From the NCBI GenBank assembly GCA_965263355.1, contig CBDHHL010000032.1, positions 3,040,001 to 3,104,000 on the forward strand: DNA of 64,000 nucleotides, given 5' to 3'. Source of the stretch: Leptolyngbyaceae cyanobacterium (GTDB lineage Bacteria > Cyanobacteriota > Cyanobacteriia > Phormidesmidales > Phormidesmidaceae). The notes under the pieces were generated by a model that worked only from the letters and a program-made list of their open reading frames with translations, searched no databases and was not told the DNA's origin. The translations under genes were made by a program, and so were the position numbers. Below, piece after piece: positions 9,570 through 19,736 of the stretch (position 1 is its first letter; every line of letters begins with the position of its first letter).

Positions 9570-10808
9570 TTATTCTGCTAATACTAGGGTTTGATTAACG
9601 GTGAGGGCCAGGTCATTGTCAGGATTAATCGCAATGACTTCTACACGCTCTCGTCCGAGCACTAGACCACCCAGTGCTCCAGCAACGGTACCTGTCAACA
9701 CTTCCCATGTTTGAATCTCATCATCACCGGTTACCGAAGCAACGGCAGCTGCCGCACCAGACCCCAACACAGCTCCAGCGAATATTTCACCAACACTTGC
9801 GCCCCGACGGATAGTTTCCGTGGTGGTGATTACCTTAGACTGAGCCTGTAAGTCAAGACGACGACCATCCGGTAATTCTAAGGTTTGAGCAACAAATTGA
9901 GTGCCTGGTTGAGAGCCAACGGTAATAGGACGTAACTCTCCAATGACTTGGCTATTACGGGGAATGAGTAGTTGACCTTGACTATCCCTAACAGCGTCAT
10001 CTACCTCAAGGGTAAGCGGTAGAATCTCATCTGGTAATAGAACAATTTTATCTCCATCATCATAGGTGACAGGAATCGTGGTGCCTGCTGAAACCGCTGA
10101 CTGAACAGTTGTGGTTGTCGTGCTTACTTTAACAATATAAGGAGACTGGACCGTAGCGACCTGATTTTGGCTGGCTAATGCCTGATAAATAAAGGCGGCT
10201 ACATCTGCCCTGGTTGCTGTTTGGTTAGGACGCAATACCTCAACATTAGGATAGTTGACGACTAGCTGTTGTTCTGTGGCAGCGGCAATGCTGGTAGTGG
10301 CGTAGCTAGGAATGGAGCTAGAATCGCTGTAAACGTTGGCACTGGCAATGGTGGTGGCTTGATAGTCGAGACCATTGGCTAGGGAGACGAGTACCTGGGC
10401 GCGGGGAATATTCTGATTTGGCTGAAATATATTGTTGGGGTAGCCGGATAAAAAGCCCATACGATAGGCTTCATTAATGGCCCCAGCGGCCCAGAAGGTG
10501 CTTGAGACATCTACGAATGAGGTAGAGCTGCGGATATAGGTTTTGCTAAATGCCTTACGTACCATGGCGGCATACTGGGCACGGGTTACGGGCTCGTCGG
10601 GGCGAAATGAACCATCGGGAAAGCCTGCAATGATGTCTCTCTCGGCCAGACTGATGATAAATTCACTAGCCCAATGGCTGGCTGAGACATCGGTAAATTG
10701 GATTTGGGTTTGGGCAACAACAGGTGCAGGGGTGGTGAGGGGGGCAAGTGAACCTGCTCCCATGGCTAAGGTGATTAATAAAGCGGTTGTTGTTTGGAAG
10801 TGTCGCAT
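9570..10808 (-). CDS. S-layer homology (SLH) domain protein
   Basis: Signal peptide from ATG 10808. SLH motifs FTDVSASHWA, IAGFPDGSFRPDEPVTRA, LSGYPNNIFQPNQNIPRA, LRPNQTATRA. Glycine-rich hydrophobic C-terminus. Confidence 0.9.
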   Translation of the reverse strand: MRHFQTTTALLITLAMGAGSLAPLTTPAPVVAQTQIQFTDVSASHWASEFIISLAERDIIAGFPDGSFRPDEPVTRAQYAAMVRKAFSKTYIRSSTSFVDVSSTFWAAGAINEAYRMGFLSGYPNNIFQPNQNIPRAQVLVSLANGLDYQATTIASANVYSDSSSIPSYATTSIAAATEQQLVVNYPNVEVLRPNQTATRADVAAFIYQALASQNQVATVQSPYIVKVSTTTTTVQSAVSAGTTIPVTYDDGDKIVLLPDEILPLTLEVDDAVRDSQGQLLIPRNSQVIGELRPITVGSQPGTQFVAQTLELPDGRRLDLQAQSKVITTTETIRRGASVGEIFAGAVLGSGAAAAVASVTGDDEIQTWEVLTGTVAGALGGLVLGRERVEVIAINPDNDLALTVNQTLVLAE

Positions 10809-10994
10809 AGTGAATACCGTAAAAAATTCAAAAACAAAAATTCTCTTAACAGGTAAGATGAAAGCCCGATTGCTAGCCCTGGTATTGCAGGACAACCAAA
10901 AGGATTGCCCTATTTTTGAGTCTTGGCTCTAGTCTTTCTTGGAATTGGAAAACCCTGATATGCCTAATGAAGAGAATGCAGATGCTTTCATCAG

Positions 10995-11019
10995 AAGGGG
11001 GCTCGATATCTGATAGCTA
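10995..11019. promoter_or_regulatory. Shared 25-nt intergenic motif, copy 1
   Basis: aagggggctcgatatctgatagcta, 24/25 identical to 25826-25850. Confidence 0.55.
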
Positions 11020-11467
11020 ATTGGGCACACCTACTTGATTTGGTAGATGGGTAGATGCATGAAGAGTGTAATGGTGTTCGTTCTGGATGTGGTTGGTTTA
11101 AGCTCTCCAGACAGATTGTTTGGCGAGGTGATGCTGAGCCCTGTTCATGAGTTGACTGTAACAAGACCTATTTTTGGAATTCCTGTGGTGCCGTTACGCC
11201 TTTTGAAGTGGCATAGTAAAAGCTCTTGGGATGCGGTGTTGATTGCAGATTATTTGTCTGCTGCCGGTTGTTCTACCGCTGGTTTAAATGTCTGGAATGC
11301 TTGATGGTTTTTGGTTTGAACGAGGTTTGTAGAAAACTACAAGGGTCTGTGTTGTTATCTTGAATCTGTGATTTGGGTTGAAATTGTCACAGGGGCGTGG
11401 GTTTTGGAGTGTTGGGTTGGTGAAGGGTGGGATTTTGGGCCAGGATTTTGGTGGGGGGTAACCCAAT

Positions 11468-11680
11468 TTACCGGGGGATGTTGTTGGATTGTTGGGCGAT
11501 AAAATCGCGGATGGTATCCCAAATGGCGGCGGGGCCGATGCCGAAGAAAATCTGTAGCCCTAGCAAAATTAGGGCAGCTAAAAAAGCTGTTTTGAGGGTG
11601 GCTTTGACCACTTTGAGCAACCAGGTGAAAACCAGGATTGAAATAGCGATCGCACCAACCACCACCACAATGTCTGCCAT
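11468..11680 (-). CDS. Small two-TM membrane protein
   Basis: 70 aa, two hydrophobic helices, AAGGA upstream, directly downstream of dxr. Confidence 0.75.
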   Translation of the reverse strand: MADIVVVVGAIAISILVFTWLLKVVKATLKTAFLAALILLGLQIFFGIGPAAIWDTIRDFIAQQSNNIPR

Positions 11681-11718
11681 GGACCACGCTTCCTTTTAAC
11701 AATTGGACCAATTCTAAC

Positions 11719-12915
11719 CTATGAGCCCAGGGCTACCACCTGACGTTCAGTCAGGGTATCGCTGACTGCAATGACTTCCTGACGCGCCCATTGGTCGGCA
11801 TCAAGGATGTCCTGGAGGGATGGGGTGGCAGTGAGGTGGTCGCGGTTGCGATCGCACACCTTCTCAATCACCTTAGGAATATCCAGATAGTGAATTTTCT
11901 CATCCAGGAATAGGGCCACCGCCTGCTCATTGGCTGCATTCAGGACAGCCGTCATGGAGCCCCCAGCTCGACCGGCCTCATAGGCCAGGTTAATGCAAGG
12001 ATACTTGGCATGGTCTGGCTGCTTAAATGTCAGTGTGGCTAATTGGGCTAGATCCAGGGGTTTCCAATCAGTAAAAATACGCTCAGGCCAGGAGATGGCA
12101 TAGAGCAATGGCAGCCGCATATCGGGCCAGCCTAGCTGTGCCAGCATGGATGTATCCTGAGTTTCAATTAAGGAATGAATAATGCTCTGGGGATGGATCA
12201 GCGTGTCGATATGGTCGTAATCCATCCCAAATAGATAATGGGCTTCAATGACCTCTAGGCCCTTATTCATCATCGTGGCTGAGTCCACCGTAATCTTACG
12301 GCCCATAGACCAGTTGGGATGCTTGATGGCATCGGCAACGGTGACATCCTTGAGCTTTTCGACTGGCCAATCGCGGAAGGCACCGCCAGATGCGGTCAGA
12401 ATAATGCGGCGTAGCCCTCCCTTGGGTAGGCCCTGCATACATTGGAAAATAGCAGAGTGCTCTGAGTCAGCGGGTAAGAGCTTGACCCCATGCTTTTCTA
12501 TCAAAGGTAAAACCACTGGGCCACCAGCAATTAAGGTTTCCTTGTTGGCCAGGGCAATATCTTTGCCAGCTTCAATGGCGGCAATAGTTGGCAACAAACC
12601 GGCACAGCCTACAATACCGGTGACGACTGCGTCAGCATCTCCATAGCGGGCCACTTCCACAATGCCGTCTGCACCTGCCAGAACTTGGGGTTGCGGCTCG
12701 ACATCAGCAATGGCTGCTTTCAGGTCTGCTAGTTTGCTTTCATCGTGGATAGCGACGATTTCTGGCTTAAATTGACGGACTTGCTCAGCTAGCAGCGTCA
12801 CATTGCGACCTGCCGCAATCCCAACTAAGCGAAATTTATCAGGATGATGTTCAACAATATCAAGGGTTTGGGTGCCGATGGAGCCAGTTGAACCAAGCAG
12901 AGTGATTGCCTTCAC
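11719..12915 (-). CDS. dxr: 1-deoxy-D-xylulose-5-phosphate reductoisomerase
   Basis: [57 protein letters not shown]. Confidence 0.98.
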   Translation of the reverse strand: MKAITLLGSTGSIGTQTLDIVEHHPDKFRLVGIAAGRNVTLLAEQVRQFKPEIVAIHDESKLADLKAAIADVEPQPQVLAGADGIVEVARYGDADAVVTGIVGCAGLLPTIAAIEAGKDIALANKETLIAGGPVVLPLIEKHGVKLLPADSEHSAIFQCMQGLPKGGLRRIILTASGGAFRDWPVEKLKDVTVADAIKHPNWSMGRKITVDSATMMNKGLEVIEAHYLFGMDYDHIDTLIHPQSIIHSLIETQDTSMLAQLGWPDMRLPLLYAISWPERIFTDWKPLDLAQLATLTFKQPDHAKYPCINLAYEAGRAGGSMTAVLNAANEQAVALFLDEKIHYLDIPKVIEKVCDRNRDHLTATPSLQDILDADQWARQEVIAVSDTLTERQVVALGS

Positions 12916-13118
12916 GGGAATTGCCTATTGCTAACGGTTTACAGCTGGCCGTTCTGGCCCGCCCTATATCAACTATAGATTCTTAACGTCTTTTCACAAA
13001 ATGTTAGGGGGACAACGCAGTTCGCCGCCTATTTCCCATTTCCCATTGTCCAAACTTCTCGCCCGCTTTTCAGAATCAAGACCATAATGAATCAAGGAGA
13101 CTGCTAAATACATTCCCT

Positions 13119-13448
13119 ATGGAAGCTTTTTCACCAATCCCACCACAGTGGGTTGAGTCTGCAACCCATGCGTTGACGTTTTGCTGTCCGAGCTGTGGTG
13201 CTGCCGCTGCGGTGGCCACCGATGTTTGGATTAATCGTCGTGCTCCGGTATATACCCACAACCATAAGCGGAAGTGGCAGGAGTTTTATAAGTGTGGTGA
13301 ATGTGAGACGGTCTGGTGGGCGTGGAGTAGCGATCGCCCGCCCAATCCCTGGCAGACCGATCCACCAGAGGGTTCATCGCCAAGTGTAGATCCGAGCTTC
13401 GATCCATTGACTGGATTGGGGGATAGTTGGGGGAGTTTTGAGCCTTAA
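13119..13448 (+). CDS. Conserved hypothetical protein, probable Zn ribbon
   Basis: CPSC and CGEC pairs; WINRRAPV, KWQEFY and WWAWSSDRPP segments. Confidence 0.75.
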   Translation: MEAFSPIPPQWVESATHALTFCCPSCGAAAAVATDVWINRRAPVYTHNHKRKWQEFYKCGECETVWWAWSSDRPPNPWQTDPPEGSSPSVDPSFDPLTGLGDSWGSFEP

Positions 13449-13481
13449 AATCAAAATTGCTTCAATTATTCTGTCAATCCC

Positions 13482-14420
13482 ATGCCCATTATTGTTTTTG
13501 GCAGTCTAAATATGGACCTGGTGGCCCAGGTGCCGCAGTTACCCCAGCCAGGACAAACGTTACTGGGGTCAAGATTTGTCACGGTGCCAGGGGGGAAAGG
13601 GGCTAACCAGGCTGTCGCTGCGGCCCGATTGGATGCCCCCACGATGATGGTGGGCCGGGTGGGGGATGATGCGTTTGGGACGGCCCTGTGTAAAAGTTTA
13701 CAGGCGTCAAATGTATCGACGGAGGGTGTTCTGGCCGCTGATGGACCGTCGGGGGTGGCGCTGATTAACGTGGATGAGACGGGTGAAAACCAGATTGTGG
13801 TGGTGCCTGGGGCGAATGGCAAAGTGGATGTATCGGATGTGGACCGTTTGCCACTGGTGGCTGAATCCTCGATTTTGCTGATGCAATTTGAGATTCCACT
13901 GATGGCAGTGCAGACAGCGGCGGAACGGGCGGTTGCCCATGGTGCTAATCATACGGTGATTGTGGATCCGGCACCGGCCCGCACAGAGTTACCGATGGGT
14001 TTTTATGGCCTGGTGGATATTTTGACGCCGAATCAAATTGAGGCGTCGCAGTTGACAGGGATAAAAGTAAAAAGCATCCCTACGGCGATGGCGGCGGCCC
14101 AGGTGTTGCGACAGCGCGGGACATCGACTGTGATCGTAAAACTGGGCAGTCAAGGAGCTGTGGTGGCTTCAGAATCAGCGGTTTTTCATCTGCCTGCATT
14201 TATGGTCCAAGCGGTGGATACGGTGGCCGCTGGGGATGCCTTTAATGGTGGTTTGGCAGTTGCTCTGTCAGAAGGAAAATCATTACGGTCAGCGGTGGAA
14301 TGGGCCAGTGCTGTGGCAGCACTCTCGGTGATGAAGACGGGAGCGCAGTCGTCGATGCCGACTAGAGAGCAGGTGGAGGACTTTTTACTCAGCTATCCGC
14401 CCGGTCGTTTACAGGCCTGA
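13482..14420 (+). CDS. rbsK: Ribokinase (PfkB family)
   Basis: GSLNMDLV, PGGKGANQAVAAARL, GRVGDDAFG, TPNQIEA, DTVAAGDAFNG. Confidence 0.92.
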   Translation: MPIIVFGSLNMDLVAQVPQLPQPGQTLLGSRFVTVPGGKGANQAVAAARLDAPTMMVGRVGDDAFGTALCKSLQASNVSTEGVLAADGPSGVALINVDETGENQIVVVPGANGKVDVSDVDRLPLVAESSILLMQFEIPLMAVQTAAERAVAHGANHTVIVDPAPARTELPMGFYGLVDILTPNQIEASQLTGIKVKSIPTAMAAAQVLRQRGTSTVIVKLGSQGAVVASESAVFHLPAFMVQAVDTVAAGDAFNGGLAVALSEGKSLRSAVEWASAVAALSVMKTGAQSSMPTREQVEDFLLSYPPGRLQA

Positions 14421-14534
14421 TACTCTAGACTGAGTTAATAATGTTTGTTCAACCGCGTCTAAACTGTGGGTTCTTCTACGGAAAAATTTCAGGTCTGGAC
14501 GGGGAAAAGGTCTACTAAGCTTCCCTGCGATTCA

Positions 14535-16103
14535 ATGCCTGCCAATCAACCGGATGTCATTTTTTTGGTGCTCGATACGCAGCGTGTGGATCGCCTGTCG
14601 TGCTACGGCTATGAGAAACCTACATCGCCTAATATCGATGCCTTTGCTGAGGTAGCGACGCGGTTTAAGGTTGCGATCGCACCCGGTCAATGGACAATTC
14701 CGTCCCACGCCTCCATGTTCACTGGACTGTACCCCTCCCAGCACCAGATGCAGCAGTCCTACTCAGTCATGCCTCCCCATCTCAAAACCCTGGCAGAACG
14801 GCTGCAGGACGGTGGTTACTACACCGCCGCGTTTTGCAACAACCCCTTGGTGGGTGTTATCAACAACGGTTTGCGACGCGGTTTCTATAGCTTCCTCAAC
14901 TACAGTGGCTTACTTAGCTCCAGGCCCAACCAGGCCGGAAACCACTCCAGCTTTTTAGACAAATATCGTCAGTTTTTTAAGCGAAATCTTGCCAGGGCGC
15001 TCAACAAAATACAAGATGCCTTTGCCCGCTCTGATTGGTTATTGTCATTGTCATTTACGCCGTTGATGGTGCCCTTGTGGCAAACGGCCCTGAGCTTTAA
15101 AGGGAATACCCGTAAGTCTTTAGACGATGCTGCCAAACTGTTGATTGAGCGTGACAAAGTAGAGCCAGATCAGCCTGTCTTTACCTTTATCAATTTAATG
15201 GGCACTCACATGCCCTACCATCCACCCCGCGAGTACATCGAAAAATTTGCCCCCAATGTACTAAAAAATCGAGATGCTCAAACCTATTTGCGCCGTTTTA
15301 ATAGTGATGTGTACGGTTGGCTAGCGCCTCTAATGGGAGCCTTAGGAGAGCAGCAAAAAGACATCCTGGATAGTATGTATGATGCAGAGGTAGCTGCCCA
15401 AGATGCCCAGGTGGGTAGATTTTTTGAGCAACTACAACGGTCTGGGCGTTTAGAGAATACCTATGTTGTGGTCTGTGCAGATCATGGTGAGCATTTAGGA
15501 GAGAAGCAATTAATTGGTCACTCTCTTTCTATTTATAATGAACTGGTGCAGGTCCCATTAATTATCCATGATCCCACCGATACGATTCAGCGAGAGACCG
15601 TGCGTGAGGATGTGGTGTCTACCCGCTGTTTATTCCAGACTGTTCTGTCTGCTGCCAGCCTCGCTACGCCAGAAGAAGCCAAGCTGAGTTTAGAACATCC
15701 AGCAGCGTTGGCGAGTGTTGAAGAGATTGAGCCTGAACGCTATGTGTATGCAGAGGCGATTACGCCACAAAATGTGTTGAACCTGATCCAAAAACGTCAG
15801 CCAGAACTGGTTTCCCAACATGCTTGTGATCAGGCTAGACGGGCTGTTTGGGTAGGGCATCATAAGTTGATTGAAACCGATGATAACCCCCCAGAACTCT
15901 ATGATGTTCAGGAGGATCCGAGTGAGAGTTTAGATCTGAGTGAAATTTTTCCAGAGATGGTGGAATCTTTGCAAGATTCTCTCTCTATTTTTAGTCAAGA
16001 TGCTGATAAACATCGGGCGTTATATTCCCAAGCCCGTGCCACTGGATTTGACGATCCAGAGGTGCGCCAGCGGCTTAAAGACCTTGGATATTTAGAAGAG
16101 TAA
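14535..16103 (+). CDS. Sulfatase-like hydrolase/transferase (alkaline phosphatase superfamily)
   Basis: VLDTQRVD, WTIPSHASMFTG, HMPY, ADHGE, PLII, ELYD. Thr stands where CxPxR has Cys/Ser. No signal peptide. Confidence 0.85.
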   Translation: MPANQPDVIFLVLDTQRVDRLSCYGYEKPTSPNIDAFAEVATRFKVAIAPGQWTIPSHASMFTGLYPSQHQMQQSYSVMPPHLKTLAERLQDGGYYTAAFCNNPLVGVINNGLRRGFYSFLNYSGLLSSRPNQAGNHSSFLDKYRQFFKRNLARALNKIQDAFARSDWLLSLSFTPLMVPLWQTALSFKGNTRKSLDDAAKLLIERDKVEPDQPVFTFINLMGTHMPYHPPREYIEKFAPNVLKNRDAQTYLRRFNSDVYGWLAPLMGALGEQQKDILDSMYDAEVAAQDAQVGRFFEQLQRSGRLENTYVVVCADHGEHLGEKQLIGHSLSIYNELVQVPLIIHDPTDTIQRETVREDVVSTRCLFQTVLSAASLATPEEAKLSLEHPAALASVEEIEPERYVYAEAITPQNVLNLIQKRQPELVSQHACDQARRAVWVGHHKLIETDDNPPELYDVQEDPSESLDLSEIFPEMVESLQDSLSIFSQDADKHRALYSQARATGFDDPEVRQRLKDLGYLEE

Positions 16104-16105
16104 AC

Positions 16106-16933
16106 ATGTATCCTCCCGTAGATCCGACGATTTTTGAAATTGGTCCCTTTGCCCTGCGTTGGTATGGCTTACTTATGGCCACCGCTGTGCTAACCGGTTC
16201 CTGGTTTGCTAGTAAGGAAATTGAACGACGTGGTAAGAACCCCGACGATTTTTGGGATATGCTGATCTGGGTGTTGATCCCAGCGTTTATTGGGGCGCGT
16301 CTTTACTATGTCTTTGTACAGTCTAGTGATAAGGCGTTTTATCTGCAAAACCCTGGTCAGATTTTACAAATCTGGGGTGGAGGCATTCATATTTTTGGTG
16401 CATTTATTTTTGGAGGTATTGCCCTCTGGCTATTCACTAAATTTCGTCGCCTACCTACATTGATGTATCTGGATGCTGCTGCGGTGGGGTTGCCCATAGC
16501 CCAAGCTATTGGCCGTTGGGGTAACTTTATTAATCAAGAACTTTACGGCCCGCCTACGGATTGGCCCTTTGGTTTACGGATTGATTCACAACACCGTTTA
16601 CCTCCTTACAATGATTTAGTCGCTTACCCTGAGGCCACCCGATTTCATGCATTGTTTTTGTATGAGTCTGTGTGGAACTTGTTGGGGTTTTTGGTGCTGT
16701 ATTGGGTGTCTAAGCGATTTGGTAGACGGCTGCGACCTGGGGATTTGTCGCTGTTGTATTTGGTATGGTATCCGTTTGGGCGTTTCTTTATTGAGTTTTT
16801 GAGAACGGATTCCTGGTTCTTTCCTGGAACGCCGTTTAATGTGGTGCATATTCTGTCGCTGGTGGCGGTTGTTGGTGCAGGGGCGACGTTGATATTGCGG
16901 CGACGGTTGGGGAAGACGGTGAATAATTATTGA
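16106..16933 (+). CDS. lgt: Prolipoprotein diacylglyceryl transferase family protein
   Basis: LRWYG, GARLYYV, QAIGRWGNFINQELYG, FLYES, RFFIEFLRTD. The catalytic-His motif is atypical (GGIHIFGA). Confidence 0.88.
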   Translation: MYPPVDPTIFEIGPFALRWYGLLMATAVLTGSWFASKEIERRGKNPDDFWDMLIWVLIPAFIGARLYYVFVQSSDKAFYLQNPGQILQIWGGGIHIFGAFIFGGIALWLFTKFRRLPTLMYLDAAAVGLPIAQAIGRWGNFINQELYGPPTDWPFGLRIDSQHRLPPYNDLVAYPEATRFHALFLYESVWNLLGFLVLYWVSKRFGRRLRPGDLSLLYLVWYPFGRFFIEFLRTDSWFFPGTPFNVVHILSLVAVVGAGATLILRRRLGKTVNNY

Positions 16934-17027
16934 TTTTTGGTTTGTAATTATTGGGGGATGGGGGTTGGTAGGTTGTCGATGAATCTTTTGTGTTTTCTGT
17001 GATTCTTCTTTCTTGGCTATTTGCTAT

Positions 17028-18419
17028 ATGGCTTGCTCTCCTCGTTTGATTATTATTGGCCTGGATTGTATGGAGCCTTCTCTTGTTTTTGATCAATGGC
17101 GTGATGATTTGCCAAATCTGGCTCGATTAATGTCTCAGGGGAGCTTTGGTCGTTTGGAGAGTTCCATTCCGGCTATTACGGTGCCTGCTTGGAGCTGTAT
17201 GATGACTGGGCGTGATCCAGGAGAATTGGGCATCTATGGATTTCGTAATCGGGCGACGCGGGCATATCAGAATATGACCATCGCTGATGGTCGAGCTGTT
17301 CGCTTCCCTAGACTGTGGGATTATCTTGGTGAAGCGGGCTGGACGGTTGCCGCTCTGAGTGTGCCGGGAACCTCACCGCCCTATGGAGTTAATGGTTCGA
17401 TGGTGTCTTGTTTTTTGACGCCCAGCCCTCAGGTGACCTTTACCCATCCGCCAGAACTGGGGGACCAGATTCTTGCCTGGATGCCCGATTTTATGATGGA
17501 TGTGCCTGAATTTCGGTCAGAAGATAAGGCGGAGATTCTGGCGAATATCTACAAGCTATGCGATCAGCGTTTTACCTTGGCCGAGAGGCTGATTGCCCAG
17601 GAGCAGCCAGACTTTTTGATGCTGGTCGATATGGGAGTGGATCGGATTCACCATGCGTTTTGGAAGCCGATGGATCCACGCCATCCAGATTATCAGCCGG
17701 ATATGTCCTTTGCGACGGCGATCCATGATTATTACTGTCATGTGGATGAGCGGGTGGGGCAGCTGCTGACCCAGTGTGATGATGAGACTGCAGTGTTAGT
17801 GGTGTCGGACCATGGAGCGCAGCCACTGATGGGGGGAATTTGTATCAATGAATGGCTGATTGATCAAGGATATCTCACGCTGAAAGAGACACCGAGCGGA
17901 CCGACTGCTCTAGATAAGGTTGAGGTGGATTGGGAAAAGACTAAAGTCTGGGGCGCGGGTGGGTACTATGCGAGAATCTTTTTAAATGTGCAGGGGAGAG
18001 AACCTCAAGGTACGATTCCGCTACGGGAATTTAAGGCCTTTCGTGAGCAACTGATTGCTGAATTGGAGGCGATTACGTTACCGGATGGGGCGGAGATGGA
18101 GGTGAAGGCCTATATACCTCAAGAGACTTATCAGAAGGTGCGGGGCATGGCTCCGGATTTGTTGGTGTATTTCGATGGGTTGGCATGGCGTTCGGTGGGC
18201 AGCGTCGGAACAGGGGAGCTGTATGCGAAAGGGAATGATACCGGCCCAGATGATGCGAACCATGCCCAGTATGGTTTGGTGATTTTCCATGACCCGCAGG
18301 AGCCTAAGGGGGGGCAAGTGTTGGAGACTGCTCAGCTATATGACATTTTGCCGACGATGCTCGATAGATATGGCGTAGAGGCTCCCCATGATCTCAGAGG
18401 TAAGGTTTTATCGATCTAA
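17028..18419 (+). CDS. Type I phosphodiesterase/nucleotide pyrophosphatase (alkaline phosphatase superfamily)
   Basis: IIGLDC, PAITVPAW..MTG (Thr nucleophile), DRIHH, VSDHG, DANH, DILPT. No signal peptide. Confidence 0.85.
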   Translation: MACSPRLIIIGLDCMEPSLVFDQWRDDLPNLARLMSQGSFGRLESSIPAITVPAWSCMMTGRDPGELGIYGFRNRATRAYQNMTIADGRAVRFPRLWDYLGEAGWTVAALSVPGTSPPYGVNGSMVSCFLTPSPQVTFTHPPELGDQILAWMPDFMMDVPEFRSEDKAEILANIYKLCDQRFTLAERLIAQEQPDFLMLVDMGVDRIHHAFWKPMDPRHPDYQPDMSFATAIHDYYCHVDERVGQLLTQCDDETAVLVVSDHGAQPLMGGICINEWLIDQGYLTLKETPSGPTALDKVEVDWEKTKVWGAGGYYARIFLNVQGREPQGTIPLREFKAFREQLIAELEAITLPDGAEMEVKAYIPQETYQKVRGMAPDLLVYFDGLAWRSVGSVGTGELYAKGNDTGPDDANHAQYGLVIFHDPQEPKGGQVLETAQLYDILPTMLDRYGVEAPHDLRGKVLSI

Positions 18420-18588
18420 GAGAGAGATTGAACTAACTTACCGACTGGATTCACCCGGTGTAAATTTTGGGCTGACTGGGAATAATTATATCGCTTTACT
18501 GCTAACGGCTGGTGAAGGTACCAAAAAGACCATGGTTGATTTGACAGGCATGACAACGATTCAATTCCGTAAGGCATCATAGGATAAT

Positions 18589-19308
18589 ATGTGTGAAAAT
18601 GTTGGTTGGCTAATTGTTCTGAGCAGTCTGTTGGCTAGTTGTATTAGCCTGTCTAATTCCCAGGGCTCTCCAGATACACTACAGCTGGTGGAGGAACAGA
18701 CAACAGTTGTAGAACAGTCAGAAAAGTCAGTGCTGGTCGGTGAGAAAGATGCCTTACAGGGAAGTCTGTCTTCGGTGTCCCAAGGGAAAAATGATGATGG
18801 GGTAGTGGATCCAGACGTGGCGGCTTTGAGAGAAGAGGCGTTGGAGAGTGCGATCGCAGACGGCAATATCACCCCATTAACCACCAATTGTCGTATGGGT
18901 ATCTGTGTGGAGTCTTACTACACCTTTACAACCCTAATGCGTCAGGTGGGTAGCGAACTGCTTTATTCTACAGAACTGGTTACATTCCAGGTCAAGATGG
19001 ATGCCTCGGAACCTGGCCGATGGAGCTTTCAACCGGCTGAAACCCTGGTCTTATGCTCAACTCAACGCCCCTTGGTGATTTACTCGGAAAATGATCAATA
19101 CAGGCTAGATCATATTAGTCCAGGTAATTATCCGCCTGGATTTGGGCTAGAGTCCCATGGCCTTTACTGGGCGATTTGCCATAACGTTGAAACCGTGCTT
19201 GAGCTATCTGCTCAGGCTATGGCGGAAAAGGCTTCTCAATTGGGCTATGACCCAACATTAGAAGCAGGGCAAACAACCACTCCCTTTTTGGAGTTATTTG
19301 AGGAGTAA
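18589..19308 (+). CDS. Hypothetical protein, possible lipoprotein
   Basis: Hydrophobic N-terminus ending in LLASC (lipobox-like); four further Cys downstream. Confidence 0.6.
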   Translation: MCENVGWLIVLSSLLASCISLSNSQGSPDTLQLVEEQTTVVEQSEKSVLVGEKDALQGSLSSVSQGKNDDGVVDPDVAALREEALESAIADGNITPLTTNCRMGICVESYYTFTTLMRQVGSELLYSTELVTFQVKMDASEPGRWSFQPAETLVLCSTQRPLVIYSENDQYRLDHISPGNYPPGFGLESHGLYWAICHNVETVLELSAQAMAEKASQLGYDPTLEAGQTTTPFLELFEE

Positions 19309-19736
19309 GGAGTCTGTGTGGTCACATATTATCTATCTAAGAGTCTGGAATATTGACTAATCTATATGCTAGCCTCACAAAACCTGGGAAGTAGTAACGG
19401 CATCAGTAGACTCTTACAGGTGTAAGAGAAAGACAACTGAAGAGTTCAACCTGGGTATGGTTTTAGCATTCAGCAGATGCCACACCTAAAGCACTAGTAT
19501 TATTTCTTACCCCTTGTTGTCGGTTTCTACTGTGATTGACAGCTAGCTATCTTGAAAATTTCCATAATTTACCCAATATGAACCTGCCATATCGACAGAA
19601 CGCACTATGGTCAACCGATTTGGGTTGATTTATCCTTTTTAGGAGAAGAGTGTCACGTTGTGCCTATACTGAGGCTATCGGGATAATCAGTCCTAATTCG
19701 TCTGTTAGGCGTTATTTTGTCCGTTGCTATGAGTTA

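Noticed and set aside
11047..11466. ORFs 11047-11304(+) and 11284-11466(-)
   Set aside because: No recognisable motifs or RBS; likely chance ORFs in an intergenic region.
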